Shown here piece by piece: positions 44,004 through 55,367 of a stretch of 64,000 nt of DNA. The position numbers were made by a program, and so were the translations under genes. The DNA comes from an uncultured delta proteobacterium (GTDB lineage: Bacteria > Desulfobacterota > Binatia > UBA9968). Positions within the stretch are counted from its first letter, which is position 1; each line of letters begins with the position of its first letter. A model generated the notes under the pieces. That model was not told the DNA's origin. It made no database searches and saw only the letters and a program-made list of their open reading frames with translations. The stretch lies in NCBI GenBank assembly GCA_963847445.1, contig CAWJZV010000002.1, positions 1-64,000 of the forward strand, in the 5' to 3' direction.

Positions 44004-45153
44004 CTATGGAGTTATCGCTGGTTGCGTCGGCGCACTCTGATCCTTGTTCTTCTCCGCACGCACGGTCTTGAGAAGACCGGTCGATATCAATCCTTCCGCG
44101 GCAGCGTGGGCTGCGGCAAATTCACTGTCCGGCGCAAGCACCAGCTGGCTCCCGGTGGGGCGTATTTCCTCTATCAACTTATCGATCGCTGCCAGCCGCT
44201 TTGGCTGTTTACTGATGCTGCGAATGTAGACTGTGCGAATGCGAGTGGGATATTCTTTCACCACGTCCCGGTAAATTTCCGGATCGCGCTCGCCACTGTC
44301 GCCAATCAGCACGAACGGCAGATGCGGAAACGATTCCAGTATGATTTTGATATTCTTCTTCTTGTGGTGTTCTGGTTCCTTAGAAAATAACAAGTGATCG
44401 CCAAAGTCCCGCAAAAGCAGCGGACCCAATGGAATCTTCTGTAGTTTCAAGAATTCGACCAATAGGCTGTAAAGGTTCCAGGCGCTATTCGAAACATAAA
44501 AGATCGGATTGTCTTCGCCACCGCCCGCCCCCCTCTGCAACGCCTGGTAAAAACCGGCAACGCCTTCGAAGGGCTTACGGGTATGCTCGTTGGAGAGAAG
44601 CACCGTCAGGATCATCTTCAATTTATTGGTGACATGGCTCGATATAACGGTGTCGTCGATGTCGCTGATGACGCCGAATCTGGCGGCGGCGGAAGGCACC
44701 AGAACCCTTAGCGGTGGCGCGCACCGGAGATGCCGTGTCCGACGATGGTTCCAACAGCTCCAATTCCACGTTTTGCCAACGATTCGCATCCAAGCGCTGC
44801 ATCGGTTGAATCGCGAAATGGAAATAACCTTCTTCATCGGCGGTCGCCTCGCTGTGGTTTCCCTGAAAGGTCGCCCGGACTCGAGCGCCCGGCACTTCGT
44901 CGGATTCAAACCGTCTATACATGTTGATGAGATTGCGCCAGGTATGATCGGCGCTCGTGGCAGGAGTAAATCCTTCGTCCGCCAATACTCTGCCGCCGAA
45001 CAAAAGTTTCTCCGCACTGCCGCAGCCCAAATAAGGAACGATCATCAAAGGATTGCTAAATCCCGTGATTGTCCTCAGGCGCGCCCGGACACCGTCGGAC
45101 AGCTTATCCGCGCGATCGAGCAGCGTGGGAAGCCGCGATTTCCAGTCCCTCAT
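44004..45153 (-). CDS. App1 family phosphatidate phosphatase (DUF2183), frameshifted near 44720
   Basis: GVISDIDDTV, FYVSNS, GPLLLRD, LIGDSGERDPEIY. Confidence 0.85.
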
Positions 45154-45335
45154 GAAGATAGCTTAGCAACTCTCATCGGCTGCGGAAATCGCAATATGCG
45201 GCCTGCTTCACGTCCGCACCGCCGCCGCCGGTCCAGCCGCAAGATTTTTCTACCCGAGCCTCTTGGGATTGCACCATCCATGACGTACAGCAGAAGCTCG
45301 GGCTATTACAAAGTTACCAGTCGCCTGTAGCAACT

Positions 45336-45445
45336 ATGAGTATCACCGCCACCCAGCTCGCCCAGGGTCGCCTTGCCCAATATGACAGCTCCCACGTGCC
45401 GCATTCGTTCGACGCTGAAAGCGTCTTTGTCCGGGTTGAATTTTT
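45336..45445 (-). pseudogene. Amidase signature family fragment
   Basis: PDKDAFSVERMRHVGAVILGKATLGELGGGDTH. Confidence 0.55.
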
Positions 45446-45489
45446 TAACAACACCGATCCCAAGGTGGTCGCCATCCTCAGATCCCCAG

Positions 45490-45718
45490 CGCATTTAGCG
45501 CCGGCGATTGCGCATAAACTTGAGTAGAAATTTTCTTTGATGGCACCGGTGAGTGATATTCCACACGTGGCCCGGGAGAAAGTGGCGGTTGGCGCGCGCG
45601 GTATCGCTTCTTAGAGGTCGCTTTTTCGGTTCAAAAAGCCACCTCTAAGCTCTTAAACAATGCCTTTTAAGCCATCTTGTGTTGTCAAATCAAGATGTTC
45701 CCTTGGTCCGACCCGGGG
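45490..45718 (-). mobile_element. Second truncated copy of the RAYT element end plus 5' coding remnant
   Basis: 45611-45718 nearly identical to 43838-43953; RANRHFLPGHVWNITHRCHQRKFLLKF. Confidence 0.75.
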
Positions 45719-45831
45719 TTTGCGGTCGGTTGTCGGAGGTCAACTGGGAGTGGCAAACGAGTAGAGATGATGAACGGAAGATTCAGCTCTACCAGACGAC
45801 GCGATCGCGGGTTTCGTTCGGCAACCTGGTG

Positions 45832-46410
45832 CTAGCGGCGTTGAACGGAAGATAGGTAAACTAAACAGTTTCTCACATGGTGCAATTTGACCGTCGGTCG
45901 CCAATCGATTCGTGCACCAAGGTTCTGTCGCGCCTGCTCAATGTAGTCTTTCAGCTTCTGATCAATCTCGCTCTGGCGATTCATCAACTGCTGCTGCCCT
46001 CCCCCGCGCATATAACTCATCAAGAGCGCACTGTGCCGTTCATGCTCCAAGTCTTTCAAATCGTTTCCTTCAAAATAGAACCACAGGACAGTTTTGGGTC
46101 GGAAACGAAGCGCATATTCCTTCAAAGAGGCCAACATCAGCAGAGGACCGTTGGAGTCCATACCGAGGTTCGCAGTCCCGGGATGGTGAGCGCGAATGAC
46201 CCCAACGAAATTGTCCTCTGACGGAACACAGGCACCGTGGGTGAACGAATCTCCCACCGCCACGATTCCCAATTGTTGATTTTTCCACAGGCCTGCGGGG
46301 TTGTGAAACCCATGTTCGTCGCTTGGATAGGTGACATACTCGCCGCTCTCATTGCAGAAGACGGTCAGTGTATTGGAGATGCAAGCGAGAAGGATCTCAG
46401 TGTTATGATC
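45832..46410 (-). pseudogene. Fragment of SGNH/AlgX-like exported protein
   Basis: SDEHGFHNP, AVGDSFTHG, GPLLMLA, FYFEGNDL; no credible start, truncated end. Confidence 0.6.
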
Positions 46411-46911
46411 GGCGGCGGTTTCAGCACAACATGACTGCATTAAATGATTATGAGGTGGTGGGTATACCGACCAGTATATTTCGATTATACCTGCCCCCCC
46501 ACGCACGAATCAACTGAACGCGCTTCAAGCCGATCCTACGATTAACCGGCGCGGCTGCTTGATTACCTTATCCGCCTGTCGAGAAAGAAACCGTGAAGTT
46601 GGTTATCACGAACGCTGCCGGTATAGATGCAAGATGTTGCCTTGGTCCGACCCGGCGTCAGCGTGTCTGCGAAGGCGGTGGGCTACACCGGATAGTGCAG
46701 ACGGCGGTAAATTGAAATCCCGCGCGCTAGAATGCCCCAAAGCTGCTACGCCGGTAAAAGTCGACGCCATGCGTAGTACATCAGGCTTACCCACAGCTCA
46801 AAAATAATGAGAAGTGTCTAATACAGGACATCGGGCCCTCGCACGACAAGTTAGAAGTTACGTATGGATCCATGCTTAAGCTTGTGGGCGCGATTGATAG
46901 TTAACAAACCA

Positions 46912-47172
46912 ATGAAGATCGAATACCGGGGTTATACAATCGAAGTAACGCCAAAACAGACGGATGGACTCTGGGCCGCAGACGTTTGTATTGAGCCTCA
47001 AATTGGAGATCCTGCGGCTTTGCGGCAAAAGAGTGAATTGGACGGGGCTGGCAGCGAGGGCCATGCGGAAATTGCCGGTCTGCAATGGGGCAAATATCGG
47101 GTCGATTTGCATAACGCCGGCAATGAGCCAAACGCCGCGGGCCGTATACTGCCACGCGTGGTTAAAATGTAG
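46912..47172 (+). CDS. Hypothetical protein
   Basis: MKIEYRGYTIEVTPKQ..W.ADVCIE; plausible small beta-rich protein. Confidence 0.45.
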   Translation: MKIEYRGYTIEVTPKQTDGLWAADVCIEPQIGDPAALRQKSELDGAGSEGHAEIAGLQWGKYRVDLHNAGNEPNAAGRILPRVVKM

Positions 47173-47306
47173 GACAGACTGCGGACTACAATCGTCGCAC
47201 ACGGGTTGACCATGGTTTTAATGTTTCGTGTTTGATCCAGCGTTCATGCCTTTGAGTTCTGAGCCGAGAGAATTGACGCAGAGGGCGGTAGGCTGGCGTG
47301 GTTTTA

Positions 47307-47415
47307 TTAGAGGGCGCTTTTTCGGTTCAAAAAGCTAGCTCTAAGCTCTTAAACAATGTCTTTTAAGCCATCTTGTGTTGTCAAATCAAGATGTTGCCTT
47401 GGTCCGACCCGGGGT
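47307..47415 (-). mobile_element. Third copy of the RAYT element end (a shorter fourth copy at 46630-46655)
   Basis: TTAGAG..CGCTTTTTCGGTTCAAAA..CTCTAAGCTCTTAAAC...TGGTCCGACCCGGGG. Confidence 0.75.
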
Positions 47416-47449
47416 TAAGACTTTTTTGGCCGGCATTGACGAACGCTGA

Positions 47450-47800
47450 AGCTGCTTGAACGAAGCGAAGCGGTGGAACGATTGGAACGGCTGGAACCGC
47501 GCAAAGCGATGGAACCACTGGAACGTTCTCCGGCTAACGTCCGACGTTGAACTTTTGAACCGTTGAACCTTGAACCGCGCCGCGAGGCGTTGACACCTGT
47601 TCCCATCGGCGATATTTCTTTCGCAAAAGATTGAGAGTGATTACGTTTGTAACCGCGCGAGCGATGGAACCATTGGAACGATTGGAATTTGTTCTTCGGT
47701 TGTAGAACGATTTGAACGGAGCGCAGCGGTTGAACGGCTTGAACGTTTTGAACGAATCAAGTTTACGTTGAATGTTTGAACGGTTGAACCGTTGAACGAG
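47450..47800. repeat. Degenerate tandem TGGAAC/TTGAAC 7-9-mer arrays
   Basis: GGAACGATTGGAACGGCTGGAACC, TTGAACTTTTGAACCGTTGAACCTTGAACC and similar. Confidence 0.8.
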
Positions 47801-47832
47801 TTCTCTTCTTGCCGTCGTTTTAGCCAGGGACC

Positions 47833-47988
47833 TAACCGGTTGTTGAAAAACCTGATTTCAGGCTGTGCAAAAAGGTCCAAATGCGAGGCGCGCGAGATAT
47901 CGATGAGCGGAGGCGTACTTACTGATACGTTGGCGCGAGGCGATCGAGCGCAACGCAGCAGGTGGGCACCTTTTTCAACAGCCTGCTA
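47833..47988. mobile_element. MITE-like element
   Basis: Terminal inverted repeats TAACCGGTTGTTGAAAAA / TTTTTCAACAGCCTGCTA; non-coding interior. Confidence 0.65.
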
Positions 47989-48014
47989 ACACTCGCGATG
48001 TACGGAGGAAACCC

Positions 48015-48587
48015 ATGTCATTGCTGACACTGCAAATGCCGGCCCTTCCCAACCCGGTCAAAGTCGTCCTCCAACCCGCCACGACGGCGTTGTTGGTGTT
48101 CGACATGATCGATCGTATCTGCCAAAGCCAGCCGAATTGCACCGGGGTCATGGTGCCGGCCCTCGCCGCGCTGCTGGCGCGGGCACGAAAAGCCGGCGTC
48201 TTCGTCCTGTACTCTACTCGTGAGCCGGAGAGCTCGAAGTGGGTGCCGGACGTCGCTCCCGCTCCGGGCGACCCTGTCGTCAAGTCGACGGGTCAGGACA
48301 GATTCTACAACACCGATCTCGACAATACGCTGAAGGCAAAGGGGATTAGGACGGTGATTCTTACCGGCTGGAAGGTCAGCGGCTCGGTGGTCTATACATC
48401 GGTCGGAGCAACTCTGCGGGGGTACACTGTGGTTGTGCCGACAGATGCCAGCTTAGCCGCAACCGACTACGAAGTGGCGATCGGCCAATTCCAAATATTG
48501 AATCAGAATAGCGCCAACGCTACCAACGAACCGCTGAAGGCGAACGCCTCAACCCTGAGCCGTGCGGATATGATCGTCTTTCAGTAG
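48015..48587 (+). CDS. Isochorismatase (cysteine hydrolase) family protein
   Basis: TTALLVFDM, FYNTDLDNTLKAKGIRTVILTG, RGYTVVVPTDA; GGAGGA RBS. Confidence 0.85.
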   Translation: MSLLTLQMPALPNPVKVVLQPATTALLVFDMIDRICQSQPNCTGVMVPALAALLARARKAGVFVLYSTREPESSKWVPDVAPAPGDPVVKSTGQDRFYNTDLDNTLKAKGIRTVILTGWKVSGSVVYTSVGATLRGYTVVVPTDASLAATDYEVAIGQFQILNQNSANATNEPLKANASTLSRADMIVFQ

Positions 48588-49257
48588 AAAGCGCGGGTTG
48601 GTGATATATTGTCGTAAATATTTGCTTGGAATTATTTCGGGCCGGACCAAGCTATTATCGTTGCTTCATCAAACTTTCATCCCAAAAGCAGCTGTTTTGA
48701 GACCTTAGAGCTTCACGACAATGCCTTTCCTACTGCATGTCCATTCCCCCGTCCCCTCATTTTTACAGCAGAGAATGCAGGCGCCATGGATGCAGATCGA
48801 TACACACGTCAGAGTGATCGTGTCGCTGGATATCGTTGCGGCTTGACGCATAAAGGTCTCAACCGGAATGGGAAAGCGCGGCGGCCGGTTGCCAGGCTTC
48901 GAAGCCCGGCGTTGGGCGAGGTTCAAGAGGCGTAAGATTTCAGCCGAGGGGCGTTCTTGTTTACTCTCCGGACACGAAACAATCGCGAGGCCGGTGACCA
49001 ACCCTTTTTTGATTACCGCGCGGACCATTTGAGAACAGCAACTGTTCTTGATGGAACCCACCTCAACTTCTGCGCTGGCGGCGCGCGCGAGCTTGGCCGT
49101 ATCAAGATGCCTGACGGATGCAAACACTTCAAACTCCGGCCGGTAAACTTCAACCGGATCGGGAAAGGGATCGGAAAGGGGGGGATCGGAAAGGGGTCAG
49201 ACTTTGATATCACGACTATCTTGACAGCCGACGCGACATTCACTACAAGTTTGGGTC

Positions 49258-50181
49258 ATGGCACGCCGACCCCGACTGTTTGCCCCAGGCTTGCTCTATC
49301 ATGTCATCGTCCGTGGTAACCAACGGCGAAAGACGTTTCTCAATGACACCGATTACGGGGCCTATCTCGAGCGGCTCGGTCGCTACCGCCGCCGCTACGA
49401 TTACACCATCCACGCCTACTGTCTGATGCCCAACCATGTGCATCTGTTAGTCGAAAGCTCCCGCGAGTCCCTGGCTAAATTCATGCAAGGACTCCAGCAG
49501 TCCTATAGCCAGTATTTTAACCTACACCACCGGAAATCCGGCCACGTGTTCCAGGGCCGGTATAAAGCCATCGTCTGCGACAAAGACGAGTATTTATTGC
49601 AGCTGATCCGCTATATACATCTCAATCCCGTGCGCGCCGGCATGGTCAAAGAGCCCGAGAAGTATTTATACAGCGGCCACCGGGCCTATCTCCAGGGCAA
49701 AGCCAGCGAAACCATCGACCCAAGCAAAGTGCTAAGTGTCCTGGGCGGCCGCGGGCGCTACCGGGCGTTTGTCAGCGGCGGCATGAAGGATGGGCACCGA
49801 GAAGACTACTACGAAGTATCGGACCAGCGGTTTCTGGGAGCCGAAGGGTTTGGCGAAAAGCTCCAGGACGAGCATGAAGAGCCCCGAGCGAAAAAACGCC
49901 GTCCGCTGGAGAAAGCGGTCCAGGAGTTGAGCCAACTGCTGGCAATCCAACCGCAAGTGCTCCGAAGCGCCGATCGCAGTTGGGGGGTGTCCCAAGCGCG
50001 CACCAAGATCGGGTATATACTGGTACGGCGGCAGGGCTACGCGCTGAGCGAAGTGGCGAGATATTTCGCTCGGGACCTGGCGACGATTGGGACGTTGATC
50101 GGCAGGTTGAGCGGGCGTATGGAAGAGGATGAGCGGATGCGGCGGGAGATTGAGACCCTGACCAAGAAAGTCGAGATATGA
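49258..50181 (+). mobile_element. REP-associated tyrosine transposase (Y1 HUH) with C-terminal HTH, intact
   Basis: YHVIVRGN, YCLMPNHVHLL, GHVFQGRY, RYIHLNPVRA; flanked by GGGGTCAGACT (49193) and AGTCTGTCCC (50183). Confidence 0.9.
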
Positions 50182-50294
50182 GAGTCTGTCCCGTTGCTTT
50201 GACTGCGCTGTCTATAAGAGAATCTCCTCAGGCGCAGTAGCAGATCAACCATTAACCAGCAGTCGGGCGGCGACTGCAATGACAGGAGGTTAAT

Positions 50295-51347
50295 ATGAAA
50301 ATGGCAATGCTCGCAGCGGCTTGGGTTTTCAGCGTCAATTCCGGTATTGGACTTGCTAGCCAAGTCCACGCCCAGACGCCGTATTATCAGGGCAAGACCA
50401 TCAGACTAATTCAGGGGCGCAATCCCGGTGGCTCCGGAGACACGCGCGTGAAATTGGTCGCGCCTTACCTGAAGAAATATATCCCCGGCAATCCTACCGT
50501 GATTAGCGAGTATATGGACGGTGGCGGCGGCCGCAAGGCGGCTAACTATCTTTATACAGCGCGCCCGGATGGCTTGATCATCGGCCATGTCAGCAGCGGC
50601 ATCGTCACCAGTGCCGTGCTCGGCGAGAGCGGGGTTCAATACGATATCGATAAATTCATCTGGCTCGGCGCCACCGACAGCGCCTTTCACTACGCGTTTC
50701 TGGTCAGAAAGGAATTAGCGCTGACCAACATCGAAAAGTTGCAGTCGCATACCGGGCTCAGGATTGGCGCCACATCCATCGGCCATACCACCTACACTTT
50801 CGGCCGCAGCTTTGCCTGGCTGCTTGGTCTCAAGGAACCCAGGTTCGGCTTGGGCTATGCCTCCGTGGAAGTCGATGTGGCGATCGAACGAGGCGAGTTG
50901 GATGCGCGCAGCAACAACACCGCCGAGGTGCTGCGGCGCTATCCCGACGCTTTCAAAAAAGCCCCTTTCAATATTCTCGCGGTGTTCAAAATTCCACGCG
51001 AAGACAAGGACGCGGATTTCGATCACCTGCCGGAAATCGACAGCTTTGCCAAATCCGAAAGAGAGCGCCGCTTGCTCACGTTGATCCGCTCCACCCGTCA
51101 GGTTGGAACGCCGTTTTTGATTCCTCCGGGCACGCCCAAGGAACACGTCCAGTTACTCCGTGAAGGCATGACCAAGACGTTTCGCGACCCCGATTTTCAA
51201 AAGGAATATCGTAAGATCACCAGTGATGACGTCAGTCCGATGGCACCCGAGGCGCAGCAGGAGACCATCCGATCGATACCCCGCGACGCCGAAACCATCG
51301 GACTCTTCAAGCTGATCAATGGTGACAAGCCGTTGCCGGCCCGCTGA
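50295..51347 (+). CDS. TctC/Bug-like extracytoplasmic solute receptor
   Basis: Signal peptide, YYQGKTIRL, PGGSGD, IPGNPT, RPDGL, PPGTP. Confidence 0.82.
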   Translation: MKMAMLAAAWVFSVNSGIGLASQVHAQTPYYQGKTIRLIQGRNPGGSGDTRVKLVAPYLKKYIPGNPTVISEYMDGGGGRKAANYLYTARPDGLIIGHVSSGIVTSAVLGESGVQYDIDKFIWLGATDSAFHYAFLVRKELALTNIEKLQSHTGLRIGATSIGHTTYTFGRSFAWLLGLKEPRFGLGYASVEVDVAIERGELDARSNNTAEVLRRYPDAFKKAPFNILAVFKIPREDKDADFDHLPEIDSFAKSERERRLLTLIRSTRQVGTPFLIPPGTPKEHVQLLREGMTKTFRDPDFQKEYRKITSDDVSPMAPEAQQETIRSIPRDAETIGLFKLINGDKPLPAR

Positions 51348-51377
51348 GAGCAGAGTGTAAAGTTACAAATCGGGCCG

Positions 51378-51516
51378 TTCAAGGTTCAAGGTTCAAAGGT
51401 TCAAGGTCAGATGCGGACGGGCTCGCGGAAGACGCCTGTTCAAAGGTTCAAGGACGGATTCGGACGGGATGAAGACGGGATGGGCCCGTTCAAGGTTCAA
51501 GGGTTCAAAAGTTCAA
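51378..51516. repeat. GTTCAAG/GTTCAAAG tandem arrays
   Basis: GTTCAAGGTTCAAGGTTCAAAGGTTCAAGG; further arrays at 52441-52575 and 54300-54432. Confidence 0.8.
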
Positions 51517-51829
51517 TTAGACGGCACGGAAAGGATGCGGGTGATGCCACGTACAACGCCGTTACCAACCGACTCGACCAAGTCCTGAGACTTGATCAAA
51601 ATGCGCATCGTTACTGAGAACCGACAGTCCGTGCTGCCTCGCCAGCGCGGCGATCCAAAGATCGTTCCCGGGAATCGGCTGGCCAAGCAAGCGGAGCGTC
51701 TCTTCGACAGAAACGGATCGTCGGCTAAATGCGACGTTCTTGGTCTCCAGGCGGGGTCATCGGTGCAGTACCATATCGCCGTGCGATGCGAGCACCGATC
51801 TTGAAGCCGTGTCGCTCAGCGCCGTCGCG

Positions 51830-52020
51830 AAGCGCTCGGGATGATTTCAGCCCATAGCGGTATTCGCCCAACACGATAACGCGAAGATGGATGTCGTCGT
51901 CTGCCAGTTGAATGCGGTCGAGCAAGCGTTGGTTTGCGTCGGCGAAATCAGAAATCGCGTTGGTATCGAGGATCATTTCCAATCCCCGGGATCAATCCTC
52001 TCAAACTCCTTATCCAGAAT
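51830..52020 (-). pseudogene. Decayed VapBC-type toxin-antitoxin pair
   Basis: DKEFERIDPGDWK* overlapping MILDTNAISDFAD..IVLGEYRYG; PIN domain truncated. Confidence 0.65.
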
Positions 52021-52680
52021 AGTTTGTAAGTTTGAGATGCTGCGGTGCCGAGCTCAACGGCAGTATCGCGCGGATTTAGGCGAGAACGCCCGCACCATAC
52101 GTAAACGCTCAGTCATCCATCGTCGCTCGCCCATTCCGTATCGGCGTGACCCGGACTGTTCGACCGTGGCTTCAGCGCGGTTGCTCCAGATAACGCCCGT
52201 TTGCTGCGGCCAAAGTCATGGCGCGTTTCAGGGTCTGGTCACGTGATTTCGGTCGTCTTCACGTGTCGAAGATCACAATGTGATCTTCGATGCGTTCGGT
52301 CGGCGACAGCCGCATCCGATCCATTCAAGGGTGTACCGTCCTCACGACAACCGTACGCCGACACAAGAAATGATCCCATGACGGCGTTCAACTCCGCGAT
52401 TGGCTAGGTTTCTGACAAGGGGGCGTTCCGATACTAACCCGTTCAAGGTTCAAGGGTTAAGTACCGTCATACAACCGTTCAAATCGTTCCGCTTCGTTCA
52501 ACCGAACTTCGCTACGTTCACCGACGTAAGACCCATTTAGGCCCCGTTCAAAGGTTCAGGGTTCAAATGTTCAAGGACGGATTCGGATCGGAGTTTCGAC
52601 GTTTCGGGAAATGCGGGTCAGCGATAAACGCCCCGGCGCAGTAGCGCCGGCCGGCTAGTCTACGGGTCGACGTGCGGAAT

Positions 52681-54312
52681 CTAACGCCGGCTTTTGGTGA
52701 GAAACTGGCGTTCGTAAAGTGATCGAAGCTCGGCAAGCGTGGTGATTTGGCTGTGATCTTTATCCTCGCGGATCCTGGTGATCCGAGCAAACCGCAGGGC
52801 GAACTCCGAGCTGTACTGCGGGCTGCGCTGGATTTCGTTGTAGGTTACCTCGACCACAACTTCAGGTCGCACGGTGACCGTGTAACCGTTATCGCTTAAT
52901 TGGATTGCCTGCAGTCTGGCCGTCATCTCGATGAACTGTTTGTCGGTAAGTCCTTTAAACGTTTTGCCGACCGGAGCGTAGCCGCCGGCTTCGTCGGCGA
53001 CCGCAAGATGATAGTTCGAAAGCCAGCCGCGCCGTCTTCCGGAGCCCCGGTCGGCGGCGACGATAATGCAGTCGATGGTTTCGGCCGGCTTTACCTTGAA
53101 CCAAAGCTTGCCGCGGTTGCCCGGCATGTATGCGCTGTCCAACGCCTTCGCCATCAGTCCCTCGTGTCCCGCGGCGAGTGATGCCGCCAGAAACGACTCC
53201 GCCAGGGTCTTGTCGCTGACAAGGGTCTGCGCTGCCAAATGTTTGCCGGCGGAGAGCTTTTTTAGTTTTTGCCAACGCAGCTCATAGCTCTCGTCGATGA
53301 GCGAGTGGCCGTCCAAATAGAGGCAATCGAAAAGGTAAAGGGAAAGTGGGATTTCATCCGCTGCGGTTTCGATGCCGTGCACACGCCGGAAGCGGCGCAT
53401 GAGTTCCTGAAACGGAAACGGGCGGCCGTCCTTGCCAGTCGCCACCACCTCGGCATCGAGGATAAAGGACTCGCCCTGCAATTGGTTGCGGGCAATCTCG
53501 GCGATATCCGGCAGACTTGCAGTGACTTCGGTTAAGCGCCGGCTCCAAATGCGGATCTGCTCGCGATCCTTATGAATCTGCACCCGCGCGCCGTCGTATT
53601 TATACTCGAGCGAGGTTTTGCCGTTGTGGGTTTTCAAGATCTCGTCAAAGTCTTGAGAAAGCTCCGAAAGCATCGGCAGCAGCGGCACGAACAGCTTGAT
53701 ATCGACTTGCGTCAAAGCTTCGGCGCCTGCGGTCAACGCAATGACCGCAACCTCAGCGAGATCCGAGAGAAAGAGCGCCGCGCGCCGCACTTTTTTCAGT
53801 TCGCTGCCCGAAGCGCGGGCGATCGCTTCTTGAATAAGGCCGTCGTGCAAGCCGATGCGCAGCTCGTTGTGCAGCAAACGAAACAAGATCGGCCGCTCCT
53901 GCGCCGAAGCCATCTCAACGAGCTCTCTCAGCCGCGTAGATTTCTGTTCACGCGAGCCTTTGCCGGTGGCCTCGGCGACCTGGGCGAAACAATCGGCGAC
54001 ATCGCTGATCGTAAGCTGGGGTAGGACGGTCTTGTCGTGTTGCGGAATCGCCGCGAGGTGAGCGAACACACTGGGACCCACGTCCAGTGTTCGCGGATCT
54101 GAAATAGCAAAGGCGCGGCCCGAGAGAAACGCCACGCCAGGACGAATTTCATCCGGCTCGAGGCGCCGCAGGTAGTTCGCCGCCGCGCCGACCTTGGCGA
54201 GCCGGCTCGGCGTCTTTTCCAGCTCGTAGCAGAGCGCGGCAAAATCGCTGAAGTTCACCGATCCTATTGTAACATTCTGCTTTGCTAAGATTAGGCCTCG
54301 TTCAAGGTTCAA
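52681..54312 (-). CDS. ATP-dependent DNA ligase (LigB/archaeal type); true start probably GTG near 54258
   Basis: EYKYDGARVQIHK, ILDAE, FDCLY, EGLMAK, WFKVK, ALRFARI. Confidence 0.92.
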   Translation of the reverse strand: MNLERGLILAKQNVTIGSVNFSDFAALCYELEKTPSRLAKVGAAANYLRRLEPDEIRPGVAFLSGRAFAISDPRTLDVGPSVFAHLAAIPQHDKTVLPQLTISDVADCFAQVAEATGKGSREQKSTRLRELVEMASAQERPILFRLLHNELRIGLHDGLIQEAIARASGSELKKVRRAALFLSDLAEVAVIALTAGAEALTQVDIKLFVPLLPMLSELSQDFDEILKTHNGKTSLEYKYDGARVQIHKDREQIRIWSRRLTEVTASLPDIAEIARNQLQGESFILDAEVVATGKDGRPFPFQELMRRFRRVHGIETAADEIPLSLYLFDCLYLDGHSLIDESYELRWQKLKKLSAGKHLAAQTLVSDKTLAESFLAASLAAGHEGLMAKALDSAYMPGNRGKLWFKVKPAETIDCIIVAADRGSGRRRGWLSNYHLAVADEAGGYAPVGKTFKGLTDKQFIEMTARLQAIQLSDNGYTVTVRPEVVVEVTYNEIQRSPQYSSEFALRFARITRIREDKDHSQITTLAELRSLYERQFLTKSRR

Positions 54313-54523
54313 GGTTCAAAAGTTCAAGGGACCCGGCCGGCCGTTCAAGGGGTTCCAACGTTCCAAAAGTTCCAAGGTGGCAGATTTCGGGCGGCTCGGG
54401 CGGAGCAGTCGCTGTTCAAGGGTTCAAAAGTTCCATTTACCCCGGCCCACCGCGCAACTCCGGTTCCATCATTAACCAGTCGGCCCAGTCGTTCCGAAAG
54501 TCTGCCCTGAATCAAATCAGGAG

Positions 54524-54650
54524 TTAGCTGAAACATGAGGTCGGCGGGGAATCGGTCTGTCGTTCTTTGACGGCCTGGTTTAAAACTTTCGTTCGACACT
54601 TGGTAGAGTTCTGCCAGATCGGCGTCCCGCATCACTTTTATTGTGGCCCC
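54524..54650 (-). pseudogene. ORF6N domain remnant
   Basis: KVMRDADLAELYQV..DRFPADLMFQLT. Confidence 0.7.
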
Positions 54651-54730
54651 GGGAGTAAAGGGAAAGATCGACTTTTTCGATCCGTCGCGGCGGAATGATT
54701 TGACCTTGTGGTGACATAACAACGGCGAAC

Positions 54731-55279
54731 CTTAGGCGATCTGCCGGCAATTGGGCAAGAGCTTGCCAAACTCTCACCGGCTGGCCGTTGAGCGGCTCTA
54801 GAATTGCCGCGCTTACGCTGCCGCGATGAATACTCAACCGTGCGATCGTCACCGGCAACTTGAACCTCCTCGGCCCGGCGCTGCCGGGATTGACGAACAG
54901 CACCTCGTCGCGGGTAACGACGCTCGGCTTGTGTGAGTGGCCGCTGATGATGGCGCGAATTGCCGCTGCATTGGGATCGCCTTCGAGTTCGTGGACGTTA
55001 TGGATCACATGAATCTTGACGCCATTGATCTGGAGATTGAGTATGTCCGGCAGCTGTTTTCGCCCACGGGCCACGGTCGTTGTTGCCGCGGATAGCGTAG
55101 ACCGGCGCGATCGTGCTTAAGGCATGCAGCACCTCGGCCTTGCCGATATCGCCGCCGTGAATGATCAGTTCGACGCCCTTCAGCGCCGCCAGGGCTTCGG
55201 GCCGGATCAGGCCGTGGGTGTCGGAGATGACGCCGACGATGCCCTTCTCGATCTCGATCGTTTTCCTGCGAACTACCAT
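54731..55279 (-). CDS. YfcE-like metallophosphoesterase (frameshift near 55060)
   Basis: ISDTHG, HGGD, RGNND, ISGHSH, NPGSAGP. Confidence 0.88.
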
Positions 55280-55367
55280 GACCGGCTGATTTAGCTTGAT
55301 TCCGGCTTCCGCGCAATTCTATATTGGCCTCGGCGCAGAAGAGCCAACAAATGCCGGAGGATTTTCC

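Noticed and set aside
47450-47800. Possible CRISPR array
   Set aside because: Units are degenerate 7-9-mers; no constant 23-47 bp repeat with unique spacers.
48705-49127. Cys-rich 140-aa ORF beside the RAYT gene
   Set aside because: No convincing start or family motif; possibly a fragment, not supportable.
52681-55279. DNA ligase plus metallophosphoesterase as a Lhr/ligase-associated repair operon
   Set aside because: The phosphoesterase is YfcE-like, separated by repeats and an ORF6N remnant; no helicase or exonuclease partner is present.
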